Assembly: GCA_002773495.1 (NCBI GenBank)
Contig: PFAX01000037.1
Span: 1-39,300, forward strand
DNA length: 39,300 nt
From: a bacterium (Candidatus Gribaldobacteria) CG10_big_fil_rev_8_21_14_0_10_37_21
GTDB lineage: Bacteria; Patescibacteriota; Minisyncoccia; Minisyncoccales; CG1-02-41-26
Direction of reading: 5' to 3'
Both the position numbers and the translations under genes were made by a program. Below are positions 24,947-34,421 of the stretch, piece after piece. The first letter of the stretch is position 1; every line of letters starts with the position of its first letter. Under the pieces are notes generated by a model. It was not told the origin of the DNA. It did no database searches and saw nothing but the letters and a program-made list of their open reading frames with translations.

Positions 24947-27181
24947 ATGCAAGAGAATAATAAAAGTAAAAAGTTTTTAATTATTGATTCTAATGCGGTA
25001 ATACATCGGGCTTTCCACGCTTTACCGCCCCTCAAAACCCAGAAAGGTGAAATAGTCAATGCTATTTATGGGTTTTGTTTGATTTTATTTAAGACATTAA
25101 AAGATATTAAGCCCGATTTTGTCGTGGCTTGCTTTGATGTAAAAGCCCCCACCTTAAAGCACGCAATGTCTCCCCTTTATAAAGCCAAGAGAAAAAAAGC
25201 GCCTGATGAATTATATTCGCAAATTGACGGAGTTAAAAAGATTTTGAATGTTTTTGGCATCCCTGTTTTTGAAAAGCCGGGCTATGAAGCTGATGATTTA
25301 ATCGCTGAGTTAGCCATCAAGATTCAAGCAAAACAAGTTAAGCCTAAGCTTGAAACGATTATTTTAACGGGTGATAATGACGCTTTACAATTAGTTAACA
25401 AAGTAACCAAAGTTTTTTTCTTAAGAAGGGGGGTAAAAGATATTGTTCTCTTTGGTGAGAAAGAAGTTAAAGAAAAATACCAAGGGCTTTTACCTTATCA
25501 ATTAACAGATTTTCGAGCTTTGCGAGGCGACCCATCAGACAATATTCCAGGGGTAACTGGGATTGGCGAGAAAACAGCGATTGAGCTTTTAAATAAATTT
25601 ACCTCATTAGAAAATATTTACCAAGTAATTGAAGAAAAAAGCAAAAAGTTAAAAGAAATCAAACCAGCTGTTTTAGAGAAATTAATTAAGTATAAGGAGC
25701 AGGCCCTTCTTTCAAAGGATTTAGCCACCCCTAATCTTAATTCAGGCACTTCTTTCTCTTTAGAAAAACTTGCTTTTGGTAGTTTTAAAAAAGAAGAGGT
25801 TGAAGGCATTTTAAAAGAGTTTGAATTTTTTGCTTTGTTAAATAAAATTCCTTCAAAAGGTGTTTTTCAGCAAGCAGAGATGTTCTCTCCTTTAAAGGCA
25901 GAAAACAAGACCGAACAAGAGATAGAAGCAATGGAGAATCAGGGAGTTTTTTCTAAAAAAGTGGTTTTGCTTGAAAAGGACTTAATCCCAGTAGTTAAAC
26001 AAATGGAACAAAATGGGATTAAAGTTGATGTTAAAAGCTTAACCCATCTTTCTAATAAGCTAACTAAAGAGCTTGCCTTGTTTAAAAAAGAGATTTACCA
26101 AAAAGCCGGTAAAGAATTTAACATTAATTCTTCCCAGCAACTTTCAGACATTCTTTTTTCGGAGCTTAAAATTTCAACGGATAAAGTTAAGAAAACCCCG
26201 AAAGGGGCTTTATCAACTAACATAAAAGAACTTGTCAAACTAAAGGGCGAGCATCCCTTAATTGATTTCTTAATAAAATACCGAGAGCTTTTTAAACTTA
26301 AAACTGGTTTTGTTGACGCTTTACCTAGAGTAATCAATTCAAAAACAGGTAGAATTCATCCAAAGTTTCATCAATTAGGCACAGAGACAGGTAGGATGAG
26401 TTGTTCTTCGCCTAATTTGCAAAATATTCCAGTTAAAGGTGAGATGGGTAAAGAGATAAGAAAATGTTTTATAGCTGAAGATGGCTTTGCGTTTGTCTCA
26501 GCTGACTATTCCCAAATGGAACTTAAAATAGCGGCGCATCTTTCTAGGGATTTAAAAATGATTAAGGCCTTCAAAGAAGGCAAAGATATTCATATTTTAA
26601 CAGCGAGTGAAATTTTCAATAAGCCCCAAAAGGACATCACGAAAGAGGATCGCAATTTAGCTAAAACCTTAAACTTTGGGATTCTTTACGGGATGGGGCC
26701 AGTTTCTTTTAGCCAACAGGCCGGGCTTTCAAGAAAAATAGCCAAAGAGTTTATTGAAAAATATTTTACTCAATTTAGCCAATTAAAAAGTTTTATTGAA
26801 GAGCAAAAAGGGAAGGCCCTAAAGGATGGCTTCACAGAAACTATCCTTGGCAGAAAGAGGTTTTTTTTAGAAATAAACTCAAGAGACCAACGAATTAGAG
26901 CACAAGCAGAAAGAATGGCCGTTAATTTGCCCTTACAAGGATCAGCAGCTGAAATTATGAAAATGGCTATGCTGAGAATAGCTAAACAAGGGGTGCTTAA
27001 TAAAAATTGTAAATTACTCTTGCAAATTCATGATGAGTTTTTATTTGAAATAAAGAGTGAGTTGGCCAAAACAACTTCTCTTAAAATAAAAAATATTATG
27101 GAAGGGGTTATAAAAATGGAGTTTCCCTTAACAGTTGAAGTTAAAACTGGCCCTGATTGGGGGTCTTTAGAATTAATTTAA
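24947..27181 (+). CDS. polA: DNA polymerase I, compact form (5-prime nuclease plus polymerase; the 3-prime-5-prime exonuclease-like domain is essentially absent)
   Basis: 5-prime nuclease and H3TH motifs (LIIDSNAVIHRAFHA, GDNDALQL, GDPSDNIPGVTGIGEKTA) end near residue 300. The polymerase domain starts at about residue 340 (LIPVVKQMEQNGIKVD), with DYSQMELKIAAHLS, RNLAKTLNFGILYG and QIHDEFLFE. Confidence 0.9.
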   Translation: MQENNKSKKFLIIDSNAVIHRAFHALPPLKTQKGEIVNAIYGFCLILFKTLKDIKPDFVVACFDVKAPTLKHAMSPLYKAKRKKAPDELYSQIDGVKKILNVFGIPVFEKPGYEADDLIAELAIKIQAKQVKPKLETIILTGDNDALQLVNKVTKVFFLRRGVKDIVLFGEKEVKEKYQGLLPYQLTDFRALRGDPSDNIPGVTGIGEKTAIELLNKFTSLENIYQVIEEKSKKLKEIKPAVLEKLIKYKEQALLSKDLATPNLNSGTSFSLEKLAFGSFKKEEVEGILKEFEFFALLNKIPSKGVFQQAEMFSPLKAENKTEQEIEAMENQGVFSKKVVLLEKDLIPVVKQMEQNGIKVDVKSLTHLSNKLTKELALFKKEIYQKAGKEFNINSSQQLSDILFSELKISTDKVKKTPKGALSTNIKELVKLKGEHPLIDFLIKYRELFKLKTGFVDALPRVINSKTGRIHPKFHQLGTETGRMSCSSPNLQNIPVKGEMGKEIRKCFIAEDGFAFVSADYSQMELKIAAHLSRDLKMIKAFKEGKDIHILTASEIFNKPQKDITKEDRNLAKTLNFGILYGMGPVSFSQQAGLSRKIAKEFIEKYFTQFSQLKSFIEEQKGKALKDGFTETILGRKRFFLEINSRDQRIRAQAERMAVNLPLQGSAAEIMKMAMLRIAKQGVLNKNCKLLLQIHDEFLFEIKSELAKTTSLKIKNIMEGVIKMEFPLTVEVKTGPDWGSLELI

Positions 27182-27186
27182 TTAAT

Positions 27187-28023
27187 ATGTCAGCTAATTT
27201 TTTAAAAACAATTTTTCAAGCAAAAAAACGGGCTAATTTAGAAAAAGCTTTTCCTGAAATTAATCTAAAACAAAAAAAACCCGTAATAGCAGAAAGTATT
27301 GCTTTGTTAGAAAGGCAAAGAGAAAAGTTTATTGAAGGCCTTAAAACAGAATTTGTCTCTATTGCCGCCCATCAATTAAGGACGCCCCTTTCAGCTATTA
27401 AATGGATTATTCGAATGCTTCTTGACGAGGATTTGGGCCCCCTTAACAAAGACCAAAAAGATTATTTAACAAAGGCCTATATTAATAACGAAAGAATGGT
27501 TGAATTGATTAACGACTTGCTTAATGTAAGCAAAATAGAAGAAGGAAGGTTCTTAAACAAGCCAACCAAAGAAAGTTTATCTAAGATCATCGAAGAGGCC
27601 CTATCTTTATGGGTAGGTTCAGCTAAAAGAAAAGGTCTTATTTTGACTTTTCAAAAGTCGAAAGGCAGAAGCCCCGCTGTTTTAGTAGATAAAGAAAAAA
27701 TTATTTTGGTTTTGCATAATTTAATTGAGAATAGCATAAAATATTCTAACTATGGGGAAATTATCATAAAAATTGATTTTGAAAAAGAAAATCATCGCTT
27801 TATCGTTTCTGTTAAAGATGGTGGCGAGGGTATCCCCAAAGAAGAACAAGAAAAGGTTTTTACTCGTTTTTTCAGAGCAAGCAATGCTTCTAAAATAGAT
27901 ACCGAAGGCACTGGCTTGGGGCTGTATATTGCCAAACACATTATTCAATCCCACGGAGGCAAAATTTGGTTTGAATCAGAAGAGGGCAAAGGCACAACCT
28001 TTTACTTTACCTTGTCCGCTTAA
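27187..28023 (+). CDS. Cytoplasmic sensor histidine kinase (HisKA plus HATPase_c, no TM segment)
   Basis: H-box SIAAHQLRTPLSAI, N-box HNLIENSIKYS, G1 DGGEGIP, G2 GTGLGLYIA. I use the ATG at 27187 rather than the TTG at 27157, which overlaps polA. Confidence 0.85.
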   Translation: MSANFLKTIFQAKKRANLEKAFPEINLKQKKPVIAESIALLERQREKFIEGLKTEFVSIAAHQLRTPLSAIKWIIRMLLDEDLGPLNKDQKDYLTKAYINNERMVELINDLLNVSKIEEGRFLNKPTKESLSKIIEEALSLWVGSAKRKGLILTFQKSKGRSPAVLVDKEKIILVLHNLIENSIKYSNYGEIIIKIDFEKENHRFIVSVKDGGEGIPKEEQEKVFTRFFRASNASKIDTEGTGLGLYIAKHIIQSHGGKIWFESEEGKGTTFYFTLSA

Positions 28024-28074
28024 TCACTCTATTGCTTATCTTAAAGGTCGTATTTATTTTAATGTTTAAAAATA

Positions 28075-28452
28075 ATGTCAAAAATATTAACCATAGAAGA
28101 TGACAAGTTTTTAAGAGAGCTTATTAAAAGAAAATTGCAAGAAGTCGGCTTTGAAGCTACCTCTGCCTCTAATGGAGAAGAGGGGCTCGCTTTAGTTAAA
28201 GAAGAAAAACCTGATTTAATTTTACTTGATTTGATAATGCCAGACATGGACGGCTTTATGACCTTAAAAGAGTTGCAAAAAGACCATCTTTTAGCTTCTA
28301 TTCCAGTTATTATCCTTTCTAATCTTGGCCAGCAAGACGATATTGACAAAGCCAAGCAACTTGGGGCAGTGGATTTCTTAGTGAAAGCGCACTTCACGCC
28401 TAATGAAATAATTGATAAGATTAATAAAATTCTTAATAAAAAGGAAAGTTAA
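28075..28452 (+). CDS. Single-domain response regulator (CheY-like receiver only)
   Basis: ILTIEDD, phospho-acceptor context LILLDLIMPDMDGF, and conserved LSNLG...K; 125 aa. Confidence 0.85.
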   Translation: MSKILTIEDDKFLRELIKRKLQEVGFEATSASNGEEGLALVKEEKPDLILLDLIMPDMDGFMTLKELQKDHLLASIPVIILSNLGQQDDIDKAKQLGAVDFLVKAHFTPNEIIDKINKILNKKES

Positions 28453-28461
28453 AGGTAAGGT

Positions 28462-29199
28462 ATGCCAGAACTTCCAGAAGTAGAAACAATTAAAAGGCAA
28501 CTTTCCAAAAAAATTATTGGCAAAAAGCTTGAAGGTAAGCTAATAACCAACGTTTCGAGAAGGGGAAAAATGCTCCTCATTAACTTTTCTAATCAAGAAA
28601 GCTTAGTTTTTCATTTAAAAATGACAGGCCAACTTATTTTTAATGGGAAGAAAACAAAGCATACTCGACAAATTTTTCAGTTTGAGGACAAATCTTTTTT
28701 AACTTTTAATGATTTGCGTAAATTTGGCTGGTTTAAAAAAGTAAAAGATGTAGAAAACCTTAAAGAGATAAAGCAATTAGGTCCTGACGCTCTTTCTGTC
28801 AACGAGAGAATATTTCAAGAACGCCTTTTAAAAAGAAAGCAAGCTAAAATAAAACCACTTTTATTGGATCAAAAGTTTATTTCAGGAATCGGCAATATTT
28901 ACGCTGACGAGATACTGTTCAAGGCAAAAATAAACCCGCAAAGAGAAGTAGCCAACTTAAGCCCTTCTAAAATTACAGCCCTTTATAAAGCGATAGAAAG
29001 CATTTTAACTAAAGCTGTTAAAGAAAGAGGGTCTTCTTCAAAAGATTATCTTGACACTTTTGGTGATAAAGGAAATTATTTAGCTTTCCATAAGGTGTAT
29101 CAAAAAACAAACCAGCCCTGTCCTATTTGTAAAACACCCATTCAAAGAATTGAAATTAGTCAGCGGTCTTCCCATTTTTGCCCTAAGTGCCAAGTTTAA
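28462..29199 (+). CDS. mutM: Formamidopyrimidine-DNA glycosylase
   Basis: MPELPEVETIKRQL N-terminus, H2TH motif, and a C-terminal zinc finger CPICKTPI...CPKCQ. Confidence 0.9.
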   Translation: MPELPEVETIKRQLSKKIIGKKLEGKLITNVSRRGKMLLINFSNQESLVFHLKMTGQLIFNGKKTKHTRQIFQFEDKSFLTFNDLRKFGWFKKVKDVENLKEIKQLGPDALSVNERIFQERLLKRKQAKIKPLLLDQKFISGIGNIYADEILFKAKINPQREVANLSPSKITALYKAIESILTKAVKERGSSSKDYLDTFGDKGNYLAFHKVYQKTNQPCPICKTPIQRIEISQRSSHFCPKCQV

Positions 29200-29202
29200 T
29201 TT

Positions 29203-30117
29203 ATGCTTTATTTTCTATATGGTAAAGACAATTTTCGCTTGTTTTTAAGAGAAAAAGAAATCAAAAAACAGGCCTTAGCAACGAATCCTGCCTTAAAAGA
29301 AGAGGCAGTTTTGGACTTAACCTTAAATCAAGCCGAGACCTTTTGGAACCTGCTAAATCAGCAATCAATTTTCGCATCAAATAAAATTATTGTTTTAAGA
29401 AATGTTTTAGAAAACGAAAATTTCAAAAAACAATTGCTTAAAAAAATAGAAGAACTCTCTTTTTTAAAGGATATTATTATTTTAAGCCAGCTTAACGAAG
29501 CAAAGCCAAGCGAAAGCTTATTGAAAAAATTAGGAAAAGCAGGAGTAAAAGTAGAGGAGTTCTCTTTTTTAGAAGGCCCAGCACTTGATTCTTGGATAAA
29601 AAAAGAAGCCCTTTTTTTAGGGGCTAGCATTGATAGCTTTTCAATTAATTCTTTAATAAGTTTTTGTTCCGCTGATTTATTTTGCCTTTCTTCTGAAATT
29701 AAGAAATTAGCTTGTTTTTCTGACAAAATTAACAAAGAAGCCCTAAAAACGCTTTCCTTTCAAAAACAAGAGATTAACATTTTTGAAACAATTGATAGTT
29801 TAGCTCAAAAAAACAAGCAGAAAGCCCTGACTCTCTTACAAAAACATCTTAATAAAGGGGAAAGCCCCCTTTATTTGCTTTCTATGTTTGCTTACCAAAT
29901 GCGTAACTTGATTTTAGTTAAGCAATTTTTTTCCTTGGGCGCTTTTAAATTAGGGATAAACCCTTTTGTTTTTAGAAAGTTAGCTCTTTTAAGGGATAAT
30001 TTTTCTTTTGATGAATTAAAGAAGTTTTTCTTTACCCTTTTTGAGGTTGATTATAAAATAAAAACAGGCAAAATATTGCCTGAACAAGCATTGTTTGACT
30101 TAATTAGTTTAGTTTAA
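29203..30117 (+). CDS. holA: DNA polymerase III delta subunit
   Basis: 304 aa. The N-terminus LYFLYGKDNFRL and the overall layout are typical of HolA. The family is weakly conserved. Confidence 0.65.
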   Translation: MLYFLYGKDNFRLFLREKEIKKQALATNPALKEEAVLDLTLNQAETFWNLLNQQSIFASNKIIVLRNVLENENFKKQLLKKIEELSFLKDIIILSQLNEAKPSESLLKKLGKAGVKVEEFSFLEGPALDSWIKKEALFLGASIDSFSINSLISFCSADLFCLSSEIKKLACFSDKINKEALKTLSFQKQEINIFETIDSLAQKNKQKALTLLQKHLNKGESPLYLLSMFAYQMRNLILVKQFFSLGAFKLGINPFVFRKLALLRDNFSFDELKKFFFTLFEVDYKIKTGKILPEQALFDLISLV

Positions 30118-30371
30118 GCTTTTAAGGCCTTGCTAATTCGTGATTTTTTTCTTGAGGCCTTATTTTTTTTGATTAAATTAGTTTTAGTGGCCTTATCAAG
30201 CGCTTTATAAATTGAAGGCAAAAGTTTTTTAGCTTCTTCTTTTTTGCCTTCTTTAATCAAAATCTGAGCTTCTTTAAGAAGCTTTTTTAACTTATTGCCC
30301 TGCCCGATATTATGCTTTCTTTTTGTTTTAGAACTGCGTAGAGCTTTTTTAGCTGATGTTGTAATAGCCAT
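30114..30371 (-). CDS. rpsT: 30S ribosomal protein S20
   Basis: MAITTSAKKALRSSKTKRKHN...; basic; 85 aa. Confidence 0.9.
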   Translation of the reverse strand: MAITTSAKKALRSSKTKRKHNIGQGNKLKKLLKEAQILIKEGKKEEAKKLLPSIYKALDKATKTNLIKKNKASRKKSRISKALKA

Positions 30372-30399
30372 ATTCTCTTATAAGTAAATAATAGCAAAG

Positions 30400-32359
30400 T
30401 TATTTTATTTTTGCAAGCCTTTTCTTAATTTCCGCCACTCTTTCAAAGTCAAAGTTTTTGGCGGCTATTTCCATTTCTTTTTTCAAGAGCTTTACATCAT
30501 TAACAGAACCAAACTCAGACAGAATACCACTCTCCTTTTTGTTAAGGCCCCAGGTTTGGATTGTTTTGTTTATGGCCTGCGGGGTTATTTTATGTTTTTT
30601 GTTATAAGCAATCTGGACCTCTCTCCTGCGGTTAATTTCTTCTGTGGCTGTTTTTATTGAAAGCGTTTTTTTGTGAGCGTAGAGAATGCAGTGGCCTTCA
30701 AGATGTCGAGCAGCCATTCCCATTGTTTGTACAAGTGTTGTTTTGTTCCTTAAAAACCCTTCTTTGTCAGCATCTAAAATACCAATTAAAGACACTTCAG
30801 GTAAATCAAGCCCCTCTCTTAAAAGGTTTACCCCAACTAAAACATCAAATTTGCCTTCTCTTAATTGCTGTAAAATAAGGGGCCTTTCTAAGGTTTTAAT
30901 ATCAGAATGTAGGTACTGAGCATTAATGCCCTCTTCTTTTAAGAAAGCAGACAACTCTTCAGCCATTTTTTTAGTTAAAGTAATGGCTAATGTCCTTTGG
31001 TTTTTTTCTCTCCTTTTTTTAATTTCTTTAATTAGGTCTTTTACTTGGTTGTTGATTGGCCTAATTTCAACACTTGGCTCTAAGAGCCCTGTTGGCCTAA
31101 CCAGCTGTTCTATAATGCCATTTGCCTTTTGCTTTTTGCTATTTCGTGTGGCCCGGGGGTGGCTGAAGAATAAATAACTTGCCCTACTTTATTTTCAAAT
31201 TCTTCAAAACTTAAAGGTCGATTGTCTCTGGCTGTTGGCAAGCGAAAACCATGTTCAATTAAAACATTTTTTCTGGCTTTATCCGTGTTATACATAGCGT
31301 GAAGTTGGGGGATGGCGATATGTGTCTCGTCAATAATAGTTAGAAATCTTTTATCAATCTTTTTTAAATAATCTAAAAGAGTAAAAGGGGGCACCCCTTG
31401 TTTTCTAAACTCTAAATGTGAAGAATAATTCTCAATTCCAGAACAAACTCCTGTTTCTTGCATCATCTCAAGGTCATAGTTTGTTCTTTGAGTTAAACAT
31501 CGGGCCTCTAAAAGTTTACCTTTTTTTTCGAGAAAAGCTACTTGCTTGGATAGTTCAGTTTTTATATTTTTTAAAGCTATTTTCATTTTTGTTTCCTCTG
31601 TTACCCAAAAATTAGCTGGAAACAGGGTGTAGTTAGTAGTCCTGCCTGTCGGTAGGCAGGTTGGTAGTTGGTAGAGGGGGAGTCCTTAGAAAAAGATATT
31701 TTTTCAATTTGGTTACCGGCAAGCTCAATTTTTAAGATTTGCTCTCCCGTTATCAGGTTTATTTCAACCAAGTCGCCACGAACCCTAAATGCACCGGGTT
31801 TAAAATCAATGTCATTTCTTTGATATTGCAAATCAACCAAATGGCCTAAAAAGTCCTTCCTTTTTATCTTTTGTCCAATCCTTATTTTTTAAGACACTTT
31901 TTGATAGTTTTCTGGGTTACCCAAGCCATAAATACAAGAAACAGAAGCTACCACAATAACATCTTTCTTTTGAGAAAGGTCTTGCAAAGTTGAATGCCTT
32001 AAGTGGTTAATTTGTTCATTTATTTTTGCGTCTTTTTCAATATAGGTGTCAGTTTGAGGAAGGTAGGCCTCGGGCTGGTAGTAGTCGTAGTAAGAAACAA
32101 AATAATGAACAGCATTTTCTGGGAAGAAGTCCTTAAACTCTTGGTAAAGCTGGGCGGCTAAGGTTTTATTAGGGGAGATAATCAACGTTGGCCTTTGCAC
32201 TTTTTCAATAACATTAGCTATCGAAAATGTTTTACCCGAGCCCGTAACTCCAAGCAAAACATTGTGCCGGCTTCCCGCCAGAATGTTTGTTGTCAGTTTT
32301 TTTATTGCCTGGGGTTGATCCCCTGTTGGCTTGAATTTTGCTTGTAGTTTAAACTCCAT
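30400..32359 (-). pseudogene. uvrB: uvrB (excinuclease ABC subunit B) disrupted by an in-frame TAA, a repeat-element insertion with a frame change, and a homopolymer frameshift
   Basis: Four track ORFs (31889-32359, 31601-31840, 31110-31586, 30400-30966) together cover a collinear full-length UvrB: [81 protein letters not shown]-type, DADKEGFLR, UVR domain. Lesions are detailed in the findings. Confidence 0.8.
31628..31674 (+). repeat. GC-rich palindromic element, copy 3 (47 nt), inside the uvrB reading frame
   Basis: TGTAGTTAGTAG-TCCTGCCTGTCGGTAGGCAGG-TTGGTAGTTGGTAG. It shares its flanks and palindromic arms with copies 1 and 2. Confidence 0.8.
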
Positions 32360-32419
32360 GAATCCATCTTAGCACACCTTTCCTTTAATTTTTAGGGTTT
32401 TTTTGTTATACTAAATAAA

Positions 32420-32980
32420 ATGATTGCATATTTACAAGGGAAAATTATTTTAAAAACTAAAGAATCAGCTATTTTGGAGGTTAATAGTGTTGGCTATGAA
32501 GTTTGGTTAGCTGAAAAATCTTTAGAAAAAGTCCCTGAAAAGGGGCAGGATTTTAATTTTTATTGCCAGTTAGAGGCGAACGAGCGGGGCGTTAAGCTTT
32601 ATGGCTTTCTAACCCATGATCAGTTAGAACTATTTAAAGTCATCAGGGGGATTACAGGTATTGGCCCCAAGGCGGCTTTGCAGATTTCTTCTTTAGGGTC
32701 ATTAGAGGAAATAAAAAAGATTATTGAAGAGGGCAAAGCAATCCCAGGGATTGGCCCTAAAAAGGCCTCCAAGATTGTTTTAGAATTATCAGGTAAAATC
32801 AGCCAACAAAACAAAAGCAAGGTTAAAAAGAATGAGTTTGAAAATGATGAAACTTATTTAGCTTTAATTGGCTTGGGCTTTACTAAAGAACAAGCCCTAA
32901 GTGCTATAGCCCAGTTGCCCAAAGAAATAACTAGTATCCAGGAGAAAATCAAACAAGCCCTAAAGGCGCTAAAGCAGTAA
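32420..32980 (+). CDS. ruvA: Holliday junction DNA helicase subunit RuvA
   Basis: MIAYLQGKII...VGYEV, HhH motifs GITGIGPKAALQI and IPGIGPKKASKIVLEL; 186 aa. Confidence 0.9.
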   Translation: MIAYLQGKIILKTKESAILEVNSVGYEVWLAEKSLEKVPEKGQDFNFYCQLEANERGVKLYGFLTHDQLELFKVIRGITGIGPKAALQISSLGSLEEIKKIIEEGKAIPGIGPKKASKIVLELSGKISQQNKSKVKKNEFENDETYLALIGLGFTKEQALSAIAQLPKEITSIQEKIKQALKALKQ

Positions 32981-33000
32981 AGGAATAAATTTGGAACCCT

Positions 33001-34380
33001 ATGTTTTCTTTTAAAGGAATTGTTAGAAAAATAACGCCTAAGTTCATAATGAGCGGGTATCACCTTTTCCTCGCCTTTTTGGCTGCTTTAAGGTATGGCT
33101 TCCCAGGGAGGAAAATGGTTGTAATTGGTATAACGGGCACAAATGGTAAGTCAACTACCCTTGACTTGGCTCACCGAGTTTTAGAGCAAACAGGTAGCGG
33201 GGTAGCATCTTGTTCTTCGGTTCGGTTTAAAATAAACGAAACCGAATGGCCGAATATGTTAAAAATGACAATGCCAGGTAGGTTTTTTTTGCAACAGTTT
33301 TTAAAAAGAGCAAATAAAGCTAAGTGTAAATATGTCATCATAGAAGTTACTTCTGAGGGTATTTTACAACACAGGAATAAATTCATTGATTTTGATATTG
33401 CCATTTTCACTAATTTATCTGAAGAACACATTGAACGGCACGGTTCTTTTGAAAAATATAGAGAGGCCAAGGCCAAGTTTTTCAAGCAAGTTAAGGGTTT
33501 GCATATAGTTAATATGGACGACGAACACGCCCCTTATTTTTTACAAATTGTTTCAAAAGAAAAAATTGGTTATACATTTAAACATAGAAATAGTTTTTCA
33601 GGCAAATTGGTCTCTGCTTTTAAGGTTAAGGATTTATTTAAAGGTGTTTCTTTCCAAGTGGGCAATGTTATTTTTGAGCTTAACCTTTTAGGTCAGTTTA
33701 ATGTCTATAATGCTTTAGGCGCTATTTGTTTAGGGCTTTCCCAAGGGCTTTCTTTAGAGCAGTGTGAAAAGGCCTTAGAAACAGCTGAAGGTATTCCGGG
33801 GCGAATGGAAACAATTTACTTAGGCCCTTTTAAAGCAGTGGTTGATTACGCCTTTACCCCAAACGCCCTTAAACAAGTGTATAAAACACTTGCTGCTAAG
33901 AGCAAAGAGCAAATGGCGAATAGATTGGTTTGTGTTCTTGGGGCTTGTGGTGGGGGCAGGGATAAATGGAAGAGGCCGGTTTTAGGTGGAATAGCAAAAG
34001 AGTACTGCGAGCAGATTATTGTAACCAACGAAGACCCATATGATGAGCCCCCCGAAGAGATTATAGACCAAGTGGTTCAGGGGGCAGGTCCAAAAGCCCT
34101 TAAGATTATTGACCGAAGAGAAGCCATAAATAAAGCACTTTCTCTTGCAAAACAGGGAGATATTGTTATAATAACTGGCAAGGGTTGTGAACCCTGGATT
34201 TGCGTTGAAAACGGCAAGAAAATTGCTTGGGATGATCGCCAGGTCGTCAAAGAAGAGGCCAAAGACCTGGGCATTGCTTTAGCCCCTGAAGTTCCCGAAA
34301 AAGTAGTTCCTCAAGGTGAAAAAGCACTTATCAGCGAAATGAAGCGTTTGCAAAGGTTCAAAGATCCAAAATGGCACTAA
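33001..34380 (+). CDS. murE: Mur ligase family protein (MurE-like UDP-MurNAc-peptide ligase)
   Basis: GITGTNGKSTT P-loop, NLSEEHIERHGSFEKY, a middle domain and a C-terminal domain (GACGGGRDKWKR). Substrate specificity cannot be told from the sequence by eye. Confidence 0.7.
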   Translation: MFSFKGIVRKITPKFIMSGYHLFLAFLAALRYGFPGRKMVVIGITGTNGKSTTLDLAHRVLEQTGSGVASCSSVRFKINETEWPNMLKMTMPGRFFLQQFLKRANKAKCKYVIIEVTSEGILQHRNKFIDFDIAIFTNLSEEHIERHGSFEKYREAKAKFFKQVKGLHIVNMDDEHAPYFLQIVSKEKIGYTFKHRNSFSGKLVSAFKVKDLFKGVSFQVGNVIFELNLLGQFNVYNALGAICLGLSQGLSLEQCEKALETAEGIPGRMETIYLGPFKAVVDYAFTPNALKQVYKTLAAKSKEQMANRLVCVLGACGGGRDKWKRPVLGGIAKEYCEQIIVTNEDPYDEPPEEIIDQVVQGAGPKALKIIDRREAINKALSLAKQGDIVIITGKGCEPWICVENGKKIAWDDRQVVKEEAKDLGIALAPEVPEKVVPQGEKALISEMKRLQRFKDPKWH

Positions 34381-34421
34381 AATAGCTAATAGCATAAAGC
34401 AAATAACTAATAATAAAAAAA

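Noticed and set aside
27157-27186. TTG-initiated 10-codon extension of the histidine kinase overlapping the polA end
   Set aside because: An ATG at 27187 follows directly after the polA stop and gives a normal N-terminus. The extension is not needed.
31889-31891. In-frame TAA in uvrB as evidence for stop-codon reassignment or programmed readthrough
   Set aside because: TAA ends many clearly complete genes in this window (jag and others), and no other conserved gene contains internal stops. The same gene also carries two further frame-breaking lesions, so a pseudogene is the simpler explanation.
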